Numbered from the stretch's first letter, positions 19,172 through 29,387 are shown. The stretch: 64,000 nt of DNA from Nitrosopumilales archaeon (GCA_044507735.1 JBIQJB010000002.1:99442-163441), one strand, 5' to 3'. Notes: generated from the sequence alone by a model not told the origin. Translations and numbers: made by a program.

Positions 19172-20062
19172 GTGTCTGCCAACAATAGTAGCGAAAATAA
19201 GGACAACATTGATCAAGCTCTCCAAGATTGGAAGACCCTTGTGGGAGCGATCACGTCGTCTGACGATACAGATAAGCTGGCTGAATATGCCTTACACCTC
19301 GCACGAGTCCTTGCCTATCCAGAACTTGACGTCCCTGCGGTTCTGGCTCAAATAGATTCCATGGGTCAGGAGGTGACCAGCCTGGTAAAAAAGAGCCTTG
19401 GCTCATCGCGGCGGCCCACCCAAATAATAGAGAAGATAAATGATTACCTTTTCAACATCCAGAAGTTCAAGCCAAACATAGATGATTACTACAACCCTCT
19501 GAACAGCTATCTGAATGCGGTAATAGAGCACAAGACCGGAATCCCTATTACGCTTTCAATATTGTACCTTCGCATAGCGCGGGCTGTGAATTTTAAGATG
19601 CACCCAGTAAACTTTCCAGGACACTTTTTGCTCAAGCATATAATGGAAGACAACAATGGCGAGATAATCGTCGACCCATTCAACGGCGGAAGAATAATGG
19701 ATGACTATTCGCTCAAGGCATTGTTGGACCGGACATACCCGCGGCAAACCATACCTCTGACCCATGCACTGGTAGAAAGAGCAACCCCGTCGCAGGTAAT
19801 AATACGGATGCTCAACAACCTGAAAGGGAGCTACTATGAAGCACAGGACATGGATAGATATCTTCTGGCAAACGAGATGGTTCTCGCAATCGATCAATAC
19901 AATCCTGACGCAATAAGAGACAAGGGGATGATTTATTTGAAAAACGGAAATGCCGGAGAGGCACTTAAAGTGCTCAACTCTTACTTGGAGATAAATCCCG
20001 AAGCGGCTGATGCAGACGAGGTACTTGACATAATTCGGCAGATAAGGTCGGGCATGAAATGA
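19172..20062 (+). CDS. SirB1-like (transglutaminase-like + TPR) protein
   Basis: YYNPLNSYL..V...GIPITLS, NFPGHFLL and VDPFNGG motifs; C-terminal TPR. Confidence 0.88.
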   Translation: MSANNSSENKDNIDQALQDWKTLVGAITSSDDTDKLAEYALHLARVLAYPELDVPAVLAQIDSMGQEVTSLVKKSLGSSRRPTQIIEKINDYLFNIQKFKPNIDDYYNPLNSYLNAVIEHKTGIPITLSILYLRIARAVNFKMHPVNFPGHFLLKHIMEDNNGEIIVDPFNGGRIMDDYSLKALLDRTYPRQTIPLTHALVERATPSQVIIRMLNNLKGSYYEAQDMDRYLLANEMVLAIDQYNPDAIRDKGMIYLKNGNAGEALKVLNSYLEINPEAADADEVLDIIRQIRSGMK

Positions 20063-20063
20063 C

Positions 20064-20336
20064 TTGACGACTTATGCAAAATATCTGTACGTCGGGATTA
20101 TCATCGTTGTCGTCAGCGGCTCCATGGCTGTATATCTTAATTTTCAGGGAGTAACATGCCTCACGGATCTTGCGCGGATTGACCAGTCCGTTGTGCCCCC
20201 GGACCAAGTCGCTGACCTAGAAGCATCATGCGCGGTTGTTACCAATTCATATGTGTACTCAATCTATGCCGTGGCCGCGGGCGCGATACTGGTCATATCA
20301 GGATTTGTGAAAAAGAGGCGAAGCAACACTTCTTAA
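20064..20336 (+). CDS. Small two-TM membrane protein
   Basis: Two hydrophobic segments, basic C-terminus, operon-like spacing. Confidence 0.7.
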   Translation: MTTYAKYLYVGIIIVVVSGSMAVYLNFQGVTCLTDLARIDQSVVPPDQVADLEASCAVVTNSYVYSIYAVAAGAILVISGFVKKRRSNTS

Positions 20337-20358
20337 GTCAATGCAAGGATGACAAACT

Positions 20359-20952
20359 ATGGCAGCTCGAAAGGATGATGACTCTCTTGAAAAGGTGGCG
20401 GTCGAAGTTAGGGGGTGCCCGCTTTGCAAGCTATCGAGAACAAGAAAGAACGCAGTACCTGGCGAGGGTCAACTTGCAGCCAAGATAATGTTCATCGGGG
20501 AGGCACCGGGCAGAACTGAGGACGAAAAAGGAAGGCCATTTGTAGGAGCTGCCGGAAGGTTGCTGGACGATCTGTTGCAAAAGGCGGGCATAGAAAGGTC
20601 GCAGGTATTTATTACAAACGTGGTCAAGTGCAGGCCCCCGAACAACAGAGTCCCGGAAGAAGATGAAGTTGCAGCGTGCCTACCCTACTTGGACAGGCAA
20701 ATAGCACTCATTAGGCCAAAGGTTATCTGTATTCTTGGTCGAACAGCCTATGCTTCGTTGCTTGGGGGAAGTTCGATAACTGCAAACAGGGGCAAGATCG
20801 TGGAAAAGGCGGGTCAGAAGTATTTCCTCACATACCATCCTGCGGCCGCAATTTACAACAAGAGCCTCATTTCATCTCTTGAGGCAGACCTAAAAAAGCT
20901 GGCAAGGGAAATCGGGAGAGAAGGCAAGAGCTCATTGGAGGACTATTTTTGA
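20359..20952 (+). CDS. udg: Uracil-DNA glycosylase family 4
   Basis: CPLC, GEAPG, KCRPPNNR and HPAA motifs. Confidence 0.95.
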   Translation: MAARKDDDSLEKVAVEVRGCPLCKLSRTRKNAVPGEGQLAAKIMFIGEAPGRTEDEKGRPFVGAAGRLLDDLLQKAGIERSQVFITNVVKCRPPNNRVPEEDEVAACLPYLDRQIALIRPKVICILGRTAYASLLGGSSITANRGKIVEKAGQKYFLTYHPAAAIYNKSLISSLEADLKKLAREIGREGKSSLEDYF

Positions 20953-21560
20953 CCTGCCTGCCTGCCTCTTTCTATAGTAAACCCACTGCAATAGTGGCAA
21001 GAAATCTTGTTGGCAATACCTTGGTGCGCATAATTAGAAGTAGGAATGACTTGATCAAGCTAACTGGCACAATAGTCGAGACTGAAGCCTATGGCTTTGA
21101 CGATGATCTGGCCAGCCATGCATGCATGGGTCCGACTCCAAGAAACAAGGTCATGTTTGGTGATGTCGGAAGGGCATATGTCTACTTCACATATGGAAAC
21201 CACTTTTGTCTGAACGTTTCTGCAAGATCTGCCAAAGCGCGTGCAGGAGCGGTCCTCATACGCGCGATCGAGCCCGTACAAGGAGTTGAAGTGATGAGGC
21301 AATTCCGGCCCGTTGATGACCTCTTGTCCCTTACGTCTGGTCCGGGAAAGCTGACTCACGCTCTAAAGATAACGTCAGCTCTCAACGGAGTGGACATGAC
21401 TGATCCGACCTCGGAAATTTACATCGAATCAGGAAAAAAACCTGACAATGTTATCGCAACCACTAGGATCGGGATCACCCGTGCAACAGATAAGGAGTGG
21501 CGCTTTGTAGATCCTTCAAGTCCTTATGTATCTAGGAGGATTCGGATCAAGTCATTATGA
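20949..21560 (+). CDS. mpg: 3-methyladenine DNA glycosylase (MPG/AAG)
   Basis: IVETEAY, YVYFTYG, AVLIRAIEP, GPGKL and RIGI motifs. Confidence 0.95.
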   Translation: MTCLPASFYSKPTAIVARNLVGNTLVRIIRSRNDLIKLTGTIVETEAYGFDDDLASHACMGPTPRNKVMFGDVGRAYVYFTYGNHFCLNVSARSAKARAGAVLIRAIEPVQGVEVMRQFRPVDDLLSLTSGPGKLTHALKITSALNGVDMTDPTSEIYIESGKKPDNVIATTRIGITRATDKEWRFVDPSSPYVSRRIRIKSL

Positions 21561-21616
21561 CTAGAGAGTAAGCTGAAGCTCTACTGCTGGCTTTTATCGG
21601 GATACGGCACCATACA

Positions 21617-21955
21617 TTGATGCGAAACTTCGCAATATACAACATTACCTTGAACGACGACAAAACTGGCGTAAAGCCAGACGTGCTCGTTGGAATGTAT
21701 TCCGCCATTGCTGCCAAATCGAGACAGCTGGCTCCGCAGGATATCAAACGTGAACTAGCCATTTTCCAGGATGGTAGGGTAAAAACAACGTTCCATATTC
21801 AGGTCTCCAACAGGATGGCGCCGCACTTGATTCAGGCCATCCAGCAGCAAGCCGACTCGCAGCAAGGAATAGGACTCAAGAGTTACTTTTACAAGCTACA
21901 GGAAGAGATAATGGCTCAGCTATTAAGTAACGACGAACAAACAACGCCGCGATGA
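21617..21955 (+). CDS. Hypothetical protein
   Basis: Clean ORF with natural composition, followed by a T-rich tract. Confidence 0.65.
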   Translation: MMRNFAIYNITLNDDKTGVKPDVLVGMYSAIAAKSRQLAPQDIKRELAIFQDGRVKTTFHIQVSNRMAPHLIQAIQQQADSQQGIGLKSYFYKLQEEIMAQLLSNDEQTTPR

Positions 21956-22154
21956 GTTACGTTCCAACGCGCTCTCTGCTTTTTTTGATGACAATTATGT
22001 ATCTCAAGATATCTAGAATTGAGTCCTCGTATCGATTAAGCAATCGCAGATACTGCATATGTGTTGCATCTTCGGATGTGATTCTCGATCACCGCAATAA
22101 TACTTGCCCCAAACGTGGCAGCAATTGATTGGCTACGACCATTCTTTCATGTTC

Positions 22155-22778
22155 TCATTTAATTCCTACCATCTTTGTGATACGCTTTTCATCGATCGAC
22201 ATCGAATCCAGATCGACTGTCACAATCATCCTGTCCTTCCGCTCCTGAGTCACCAGAAAGACCGCCAATCCTTTCGGGTGTTCTGCAATGCTGTAGAAAG
22301 TTCCAAGCAAGGTTGTCTCGATGTTGTTTCCAAACTCCTTCTTTGCTCTTTCATGAGCGACCTTCCTTGCTTCGGGTTGAACGGCTGCAGGCACAGCTTC
22401 TCCGGGCCTTCCTAGCCCAACATCCAGTCCTGCAACTTTGTCTTCTCTAAGGTCTACAAACACCTTTATGCTGCCGGTCCATATCGCTACCTTCTGCACG
22501 TCTCTTGTAAAGATGTTGTAGTAGCTGTTGTCAAACCATATTGATTTCTCGAATAAGATGAGTGCTGTGCCACCAATCCTTTGTGAATCTTGAGACCATG
22601 TGCTTAAGTCGGCTATCCTCCAGTTGCCTTGCTTTAGGAGCTTGTTGAGGTATTCGTCCTGCTCAATTATGGTTCGTATCCTCCTCTTTTCTTCATCTTT
22701 TAATTGCTGCGGTTCCTTGATTGGCATGTCATTCACCGCTACGTGGCTATCTACTTTTGATGGATCGTCACTTGGCAT
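22155..22778 (-). CDS. Hypothetical two-repeat protein, probably 5'-degraded
   Basis: Repeated V.VDL motifs; in-frame TAA immediately upstream of the ATG (see findings). Confidence 0.6.
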   Translation of the reverse strand: MPSDDPSKVDSHVAVNDMPIKEPQQLKDEEKRRIRTIIEQDEYLNKLLKQGNWRIADLSTWSQDSQRIGGTALILFEKSIWFDNSYYNIFTRDVQKVAIWTGSIKVFVDLREDKVAGLDVGLGRPGEAVPAAVQPEARKVAHERAKKEFGNNIETTLLGTFYSIAEHPKGLAVFLVTQERKDRMIVTVDLDSMSIDEKRITKMVGIK

Positions 22779-22951
22779 TTAAACTGGCGCTCCGCCATTT
22801 GATTCGAGCTCACTGATATATTCACTTGATGTTAGTTGGTTTGGCAGTCGCATTGCAGCGAGCGCAGATGCGGCACAGCAGCTACTGATATGGCCGCTCC
22901 AAAGCCGGTAATATCAAAATGTGCTAGCCAACTATGAAAGTAGAAATATTT

Positions 22952-24037
22952 CTAATGAAGCCTCGATTCTATAGAGGATTCATATTCTTCTTCAATCGCT
23001 GTGAGCAGTTTCTTGGCGGTGATTCTGCCTCTTGGTTTTAGCATTGCGGCAATAGCCGCGCCACCTGCTCCCACACCTTCCTTGACGAAACCTCTTGCAA
23101 ACGCCTGCAGACCTGGCTTGCTCGACTCGTCAAGGTGCAGGTTGCACGAAAGGATTGGAACATGGCCAGCTTCTCTGACGAGGCCTGTGAGGTCTGCAGA
23201 ACCATCATTTAGAACATATGACGTTGTCCCAATGCAGAGTCGCGCACCAAGAGGGCTCCCAATACGCGCCATTATGGCAACTACGGCAGACATTTGAGTT
23301 CCACCTGCAAGCATCACTCTGCCTCCTTCATCTATCACGCCGCTGGCGATACCTGCGACTGATGGCATCATCGGATCACCAAACTTTGCAATTGCTTCAA
23401 ACGGAGATTTGGCTATTCTAGCACCTGACCTCTTTATGGCTGATTCGACTACCTTGTTTTTCAGATCGTGCGGGTTTTCTGGCATGCTACTGCTCACCTT
23501 GAATTTCGCGTCTATTCCCAGCGCGCTCAACACAGCCAGTGCAGTTGTCGTACCTCCGGGAATGCTCTCGCCAACAACAACAAGATCGGACATTCTGGCC
23601 AGCTGTCTACCGAGTGTCATGCCATGGTCAAACGCTATTCTTACGCTCGTTTCATTCATGGCATCTTCTTTCACAATGTTGTTGCCGGCTTCAATTCCAA
23701 ACGAAACACATGGAATAGAAGGCTTGACTCTTGCCCCGGCGTCAACCACCAAGAGGGGAATTTTGGCTGCCTTGAGCGCAGCCCTGGTTATCAGCGCAGG
23801 GGTGGGCTTGCCATCTGGAGTCGCAGGGACTGCATCTATGCATTTGCATTTGCCATAGTGCAGGAATTCTGCGTCTGCTGGTGAAGTGTACTTTATGAGT
23901 TCAGGATTTGCCCCCGCCACGGTTAGCCCGGGGATTTCGCTGGTTGCTGTGTATGAGATGACACACACAAAAAGAGGATTTTTTGCAGCGAAACCCCGAA
24001 GCGCAGATTTTCTGGATGTTGATAAAATGTCCTTCAT
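22952..24037 (-). CDS. cobT: Archaeal-type nicotinate-nucleotide:DMB phosphoribosyltransferase
   Basis: GESIPGGTTTA, LAGGTQM and GFVKEGVGAGG motifs. Confidence 0.9.
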   Translation of the reverse strand: MKDILSTSRKSALRGFAAKNPLFVCVISYTATSEIPGLTVAGANPELIKYTSPADAEFLHYGKCKCIDAVPATPDGKPTPALITRAALKAAKIPLLVVDAGARVKPSIPCVSFGIEAGNNIVKEDAMNETSVRIAFDHGMTLGRQLARMSDLVVVGESIPGGTTTALAVLSALGIDAKFKVSSSMPENPHDLKNKVVESAIKRSGARIAKSPFEAIAKFGDPMMPSVAGIASGVIDEGGRVMLAGGTQMSAVVAIMARIGSPLGARLCIGTTSYVLNDGSADLTGLVREAGHVPILSCNLHLDESSKPGLQAFARGFVKEGVGAGGAAIAAMLKPRGRITAKKLLTAIEEEYESSIESRLH

Positions 24038-24045
24038 GTGGTCAT

Positions 24046-24675
24046 TTAGCCACCGCCGGACATCAATTCCAGAAACTCTTGCTTTGACCTTGGTTGTAGG
24101 ACATAGTTTGTTTTCTTTTCCCTCCCTATTGTGGATGTAGGGCTCGGTCCATAGTTGTGGCCAGGATACACGATCAAATTGTCGTCAAGCTTGGCAAGCT
24201 TGCCAAAAAGACTATCGTACATCTCTGCAGGATCGCTTCCGGGCAAATCAGTCCTGCCGCAATTTCCAACAAAGAGTGTGTCTCCGGTGAAGACCAACTG
24301 GCCATCAAGTATTAGACAGATGCTGTCCTTTGAGTGACCCGGAGTGTGGAGGACGCGGAGTGACACGCCGCCAATTTCAATCCTGTCGCCATCGGAAACT
24401 GTCACGTGCTTTTCCAGTTGCGAGTTCTTGTGCTGCACTATCTTGGAGCCGGTTACCGCAACAACTTGATCGTTTCCAAGCACATGGTCAAAGTGCGTGT
24501 GAGTGTTGATCACATACTTTGCTTTCCAACCATTCTTTCTTAGAGCGAGGAACACTTCATCCAGATCCCATGACGGGTCTATGACTGCGGCATCACCCGC
24601 CTCCTCGTCAGCTATGATGTATGTAAAATTGGCCATCTGACCTACTGGTATCTGCAGAATTGTCGGCTTTATCAT
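24046..24675 (-). CDS. Metallo-beta-lactamase fold hydrolase (glyoxalase II-like)
   Basis: THTHFDH, TPGHS, TGDTLF and PGH motifs; ATGA overlap with the nnrE stop. Confidence 0.92.
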   Translation of the reverse strand: MIKPTILQIPVGQMANFTYIIADEEAGDAAVIDPSWDLDEVFLALRKNGWKAKYVINTHTHFDHVLGNDQVVAVTGSKIVQHKNSQLEKHVTVSDGDRIEIGGVSLRVLHTPGHSKDSICLILDGQLVFTGDTLFVGNCGRTDLPGSDPAEMYDSLFGKLAKLDDNLIVYPGHNYGPSPTSTIGREKKTNYVLQPRSKQEFLELMSGGG

Positions 24676-25355
24676 GGTAATACGCCCAATTCTGCCTCCG
24701 GGGGTATGCCTATCCATTCAACGTGGATGGGTCCTGTGTACTTTTTGCCCTTCGCCAGTCCAACTTTGAGTCGATGGAATGTAACTGTAGCATCGGCCTT
24801 GACGCATTTTTCATGAATCTGAGCTGTATTTGGGTCAAATCCAGAGGGGACATCTACTGCAATCACGAACGCTTTGGAGTTGTTTATTGCATCTATTGCA
24901 GATGCGTAAGGTTCGCGGATCTCGCCCTTGATTCCTGTGCCAAAAATTGCATCCAGGACAATGTGAGCTTTGGCGATCCGGCTTTTCACTTCGTCAGTTA
25001 GCTCCTTGCCAAATATAACTTCGATTGAATCCATCTTTTCTATTATGCCCCAGTTGAGCCTTGCCTCTTCACTTTTGAGGTCCGAGGGGTTCCCAAGAAG
25101 TATAATTGTTATTTTCGCATCATACCCTGCAAGGTGGCGCGACGCTACAAAGCCATCTCCGCCGTTGTTGCCAGTCCCGCATACTGCAACTATCCTCTTG
25201 TTCTTCAAATTCCTGAATTTGTGTACTACAAAGTCTGCCAAGCCATGTCCGGCATTCTCCATCATCAGAAAGCGCCGCATCCCAAGGACGGAGTGACCGT
25301 TTTCTTCGATGCGATACATCTGATCAGAGGTGATTGGCTCCTTCCTTAACAGCAC
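24672..25355 (-). CDS. nnrE: NAD(P)H-hydrate epimerase (YjeF-N)
   Basis: LMMENAG, GTGNNGGDG, DAIFGTG and DVPSG motifs. Confidence 0.93.
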   Translation of the reverse strand: MLLRKEPITSDQMYRIEENGHSVLGMRRFLMMENAGHGLADFVVHKFRNLKNKRIVAVCGTGNNGGDGFVASRHLAGYDAKITIILLGNPSDLKSEEARLNWGIIEKMDSIEVIFGKELTDEVKSRIAKAHIVLDAIFGTGIKGEIREPYASAIDAINNSKAFVIAVDVPSGFDPNTAQIHEKCVKADATVTFHRLKVGLAKGKKYTGPIHVEWIGIPPEAELGVLP

Positions 25356-25405
25356 ACTTGAAGTTCTCAGTAGCCAACATAAAAACTATGTATGAAGCAA
25401 GAGGG

Positions 25406-25657
25406 TCAAGTTTCCGGCGAGACTATCCCGCCCATTTCATTGTAAATCTTGATGAAGCGGCGACCCTTCTGAGTAGTCTTATACTTCAGGTCGCTCATAT
25501 CATACTCCACAAGTTCATTTTCCAGCAGTATTGAGAGGTACTCCTTGAGCTGGGCGTACGACAGATATGCACTGTACATTATCCTAGTTTTCGTAGCGCC
25601 GCCGTCTGCAGCTTCGAGTATTGCCACCACAATTTCTGTCCTGCTGCGATATTTCAT
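25406..25657 (-). CDS. Winged-helix transcription regulator (archaeal HTH_45-like)
   Basis: YRSRTEI...KTRIMY.A.LS..QL..YL...Y.TT.KG pattern. Confidence 0.88.
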   Translation of the reverse strand: MKYRSRTEIVVAILEAADGGATKTRIMYSAYLSYAQLKEYLSILLENELVEYDMSDLKYKTTQKGRRFIKIYNEMGGIVSPET

Positions 25658-25718
25658 TCGAAAACTACTTGACTTGAGGAGATAAAAATAACATGACGTG
25701 ATATACTAGAATAATTTT

Positions 25719-26006
25719 CTAGTGTGACTGCCTTGACATGAATTCCTTCAAATCATTGCTAATCTCAGCTACGTCACCGAGTGTCAGTTGTTCTTGCTCC
25801 TTCCTGGTCCAAACAATATAGCCTTCAGAATCAATGACTATCGCGCCAGATCTCTCGAGGAGGCGCACAATAACGTTTACTTGAAGTGGTGTGAGTGAGG
25901 GCACCAGCTTCTGAAGATCCCTAAGCTTGGGGTATCCTTCGAAATCTCTTATTGCCTGTAGAAGAGAATTGACTTCATTCTCTGAAACTTCGTTTGCAGG
26001 CCTCAC
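25719..26006 (-). CDS. Hypothetical winged-helix-like protein
   Basis: HTH-like helices followed by a LERSGAIVID wing. Confidence 0.65.
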   Translation of the reverse strand: MRPANEVSENEVNSLLQAIRDFEGYPKLRDLQKLVPSLTPLQVNVIVRLLERSGAIVIDSEGYIVWTRKEQEQLTLGDVAEISNDLKEFMSRQSH

Positions 26007-26500
26007 CTTGCGAGGGTTCTTCTTTGCTCTGATAGAAAAATGCCCGTGTGCTCAACCTAAAACTTTTTCTGTCAAGACGGTCGGTCAAATAGCCGACACA
26101 CGGACTGTCAATGATAGACGCAGGAGCCAGGCCGGACGACCGTGTTCATGAATGTGTTGTTATTTCTCGGCTCTTTTTTCCGTAGGACACCTCTACCTGA
26201 TGCTTTTTTCCGCTTGGATAGCCTTCGCATGCAACCTGCCAAACATGCGGCATTTGTGAAGTAGTGAATGCGGATTCTCTTCCTGAATTCATTTTGCAAA
26301 CATGCGTGTTCTCCTGATGCTACCTTGCGCATGCTAGGCCGGAATATGTGGTCGTTCGCATTCGGCTAGAGATCGCTTTTACCATATTGGTTATAGAATA
26401 ATTTTTCGCAGACGATATAAGCTCGTGCATTGTGTGTTTTTTTCGAGCCATGTCTCGTTCCTTCCGTACTGGGACACTTGGTATCATAGGGTGGTGCTAG

Positions 26501-26875
26501 CTGCCACCCGCTCAATCTATACTGGTTGTTGATGACGAGCTTGACATCGTGGTAATCTTTCGCCAAGCATTGACCAAGCACGGATACACTGTTTACGGTT
26601 TCACTGATCCTGCACTGGCATTGGAGCATTTCAGGACCAACGCGAGTAACTATGCGCTGGTGATATCTGATGTGCGCATGCCGCAAATGAATGGGTTTGA
26701 GTTTGCAGCAGGAATTAAGGCAATCAAACCAGATGCCAAGATAGTGCTGATGTCTGCATTTGAGGTGAATGACTTCGAGCTCTCAAATCTCCCTATCAAA
26801 CCAAATGACTTTCTCAGCAAGCCTGTGGACATCAAGACTCTGGTGAATAAGGTCAGGCTGGCAATGGCGAACTAA
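26501..26875 (+). CDS. Single-domain response regulator (receiver), probable CTG start
   Basis: ILVVDDE lies upstream of the GTG called at 26549. SDVRMP.MNG, MSA and KP motifs are present. An in-frame TAG directly precedes the CTG at 26501. Confidence 0.88.
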   Translation: MPPAQSILVVDDELDIVVIFRQALTKHGYTVYGFTDPALALEHFRTNASNYALVISDVRMPQMNGFEFAAGIKAIKPDAKIVLMSAFEVNDFELSNLPIKPNDFLSKPVDIKTLVNKVRLAMAN

Positions 26876-26907
26876 AAATTATTATCCTTCCATCTGATTG
26901 TGGAATT

Positions 26908-27834
26908 GTGGCCGGCCGGAGAAAAACTGAGACTCGGGATTTTGGTGCATCCAAACGCGAGGGTCATGATTCTTCAAAATTTTACGGTCGCCGGCTGTAT
27001 GAGAATAATAAGGATGTTTATGCAAGCGGCGTTGAAAATCCCGTACCTGCAGAATATGTCGACAGGGTCTTGTGTAAGAGCAGCGAAAGGATGGAAGAAC
27101 TCCCGGATTCGTGCATGCACCTTGTAGTAACTTCACCACCCTACAACGTGGGCAAGACCTACGATCAGGACCTTACGCTTTCAGAATACCGGCGACTGCT
27201 CAAGACCGTATTTTCAGAGGTGTTTCGTGTTCTGATAGACGGCGGGCGCGCATGCGTCAACGTTGCAAACCTTGGAAGAAAGCCGTACATCCCTCTTCAT
27301 AGCTATCTCATCGCAGACCTGCTCGACATCGGCTTCCAGATGAGGGGGGAGGTCATCTGGAACAAGGGCTCAAGTGCCGGCTCTTCGACTGCTTGGGGCA
27401 GCTGGATGTCTGCTTCAAACCCATCCCTGCGTGATACGCACGAATATATCTTGATATTTTCAAAGGGGTCATTTTCGCGGCCAGCAAAGAGGAGCACAAT
27501 AAGCAAGCAGGAATTCTTGTCATATACAAAGAGCGTTTGGGAATTCCAGGCAGAGTCTGCAACGAGAGTTGGCCACCCTGCACCATTCCCCGTGGAGCTG
27601 CCCTACCGTTGCATCCAGCTCTACACATTTCAGAGTGACTTTGTACTTGATCCGTTCTGTGGAGTGGGCTCTACATGCTTGGCTGCAATCATGACCGGCA
27701 GGCATTTTGTTGGCTATGACACAAAGCAGGATTACATCGATATTGCACTGGAACGCATTGAAGAATCCAAAAAGAAGATATGCCATGGCGTTCATAGCAA
27801 CATTACATGGCCGAGAACGAAATCGTCTATCTAA
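26908..27834 (+). CDS. Orphan N4-C/N6-A DNA methyltransferase (beta class)
   Basis: TSPPY catalytic motif precedes HPAPFP and the LDPFCGVGST SAM-binding motif. Confidence 0.92.
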   Translation: MAGRRKTETRDFGASKREGHDSSKFYGRRLYENNKDVYASGVENPVPAEYVDRVLCKSSERMEELPDSCMHLVVTSPPYNVGKTYDQDLTLSEYRRLLKTVFSEVFRVLIDGGRACVNVANLGRKPYIPLHSYLIADLLDIGFQMRGEVIWNKGSSAGSSTAWGSWMSASNPSLRDTHEYILIFSKGSFSRPAKRSTISKQEFLSYTKSVWEFQAESATRVGHPAPFPVELPYRCIQLYTFQSDFVLDPFCGVGSTCLAAIMTGRHFVGYDTKQDYIDIALERIEESKKKICHGVHSNITWPRTKSSI

Positions 27835-28136
27835 AGTACCAGAACCTAGAAGACATGCTCAAGGTTATTATCTATTCCGCACAGTCCATGCTGGGGGTCG
27901 TCCCTATGCTCTATCATATCAATCACGATGGCAAACATGTCCTCTTTATCCAAACAGGGGCAATTGGCGGAGTGACCGTCCATTACGTTATTCAGGGTGA
28001 AAAGCCTGCCAAGAAGTTCATCCAGTTGAGAAGGCTCTCTGGCGAATATACATTCGTCGACAGTATTGGCACGGATGCGCAGTCTCTCTACGTGCCGATT
28101 CTTCAGCTCGAAAAGTCGACGCTTTCGTTCCCTTGA
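27807..28136 (+). CDS. Conserved archaeal hypothetical protein
   Basis: Natural globular composition; overlaps the MTase 3' end. Confidence 0.7.
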   Translation: MAENEIVYLKYQNLEDMLKVIIYSAQSMLGVVPMLYHINHDGKHVLFIQTGAIGGVTVHYVIQGEKPAKKFIQLRRLSGEYTFVDSIGTDAQSLYVPILQLEKSTLSFP

Positions 28137-28623
28137 ACTCATCGGGAACCTCTTCACAATATTGTTGATCGCCACAACTGCAAGAAATCAAAGTAAGGCG
28201 CTGCCCGCCAGTCGCACAATTTCTGAATCCCTCCAGAGATCTGTGTCAAATGAATGAACCTCTTGAAGCTAGCTCGTATGTCGTTGTGCGTACTGCTGTT
28301 TCTTGATGTGAAATGTGCGGCCTCTCGGATCGCTTCCTGTTGCACCCTTATTACAAGTGGAGTCAATTGTATTTCATGTCGCGGCGTGGACCTGCGCTGT
28401 CCTGTTCCGCGGGCAGTGCACATTCATGAACAGTATATTCCTGGAATGAGCGCAAATACAGTGAATGCTGGTACCTACAAGCTCCTGAAGTGCGCTCTTC
28501 GCAGGCCTTGCACGCGATTGGTATCCGCTGATGTTGAAGATAGCCACAATATGCAGTTCTATCCTTTAATCAAGATCGTCCACGTGTCACAACCTTGAAA
28601 GCTCCTAAAAATATAATACTAGC

Positions 28624-28821
28624 GTGGACAATCCTGCCAGTGAATTGGCACCCAAGAAATTCCAGTGTAGTTGTGGCAAGACTATAGAATACATCGATCG
28701 CCTCGTGGGAGGCAACAACGCTCAGTCGGCTATTCTCGTCTGTAGCAAGTGCCAGAAGGAGCACCCTGTTACCTTTTATGGTTTTTTGAGCGAGATCAAG
28801 GGCGCATCCCTCAAGCGGTAG
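28624..28821 (+). CDS. Small zinc-finger protein
   Basis: CSCG...CSKC motifs; AT-rich element just upstream. Confidence 0.6.
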   Translation: MDNPASELAPKKFQCSCGKTIEYIDRLVGGNNAQSAILVCSKCQKEHPVTFYGFLSEIKGASLKR

Positions 28822-28895
28822 GTTGGCATATGGAAGGTATTTTTCTTATAGAGGCGTACCAAACATCTCTTAAATAATTTCCAAGTTCCCTTATT

Positions 28896-29387
28896 ATGTT
28901 GGCAAACAAGGTTCTCATACTTGCTTCTACCGCCGGTGCTGCGATCATCATAGGCGTAATCGTGTACTTTCTGGCTCCCGGTGTTCTTGTCGGCACCGAG
29001 TCTCCAGCTCCAGTAGGCGGAGAAAGCAATAACACTACGATAGTTGCATCTTCGGGAGAGCCTCCCGCAATGACGCTTGTATTGCTCCAGGGGCCCGAAG
29101 ATGCCAGCACTGCGGTAGCGCAGTATGAAGCAAACAACACAGAGCCAGTCGAGCTTTCCAGTGGCGCGCACATCAGGTTCGACTCTCCGGACCACAGAAC
29201 AGCGGAGAGTATCAGAGTTGTTGCAAGGAATCTTGATACAGGGGAGATAGAGCTTTTGCGCAAATCTTATGATGTGAACAATGAATTCTTTATCAATGTC
29301 GGCAGGGGTCACTACGAGCTGCAAGTACATGCGTCTTGGTTTGATAGAGGCAGCTTTGTCTACGGCTTTAACATCATGGTAGTGTAG
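28896..29387 (+). CDS. Membrane-anchored hypothetical protein
   Basis: N-terminal TM helix and an Ig-like C-terminal pattern (GHYELQVHASW). Confidence 0.75.
   Translation: MLANKVLILASTAGAAIIIGVIVYFLAPGVLVGTESPAPVGGESNNTTIVASSGEPPAMTLVLLQGPEDASTAVAQYEANNTEPVELSSGAHIRFDSPDHRTAESIRVVARNLDTGEIELLRKSYDVNNEFFINVGRGHYELQVHASWFDRGSFVYGFNIMVV

Noticed and set aside
28140-28600. Possible decayed receiver-like gene on the minus strand (VDDLD...)
   Set aside because: Several stops; similarity too weak to distinguish from chance.
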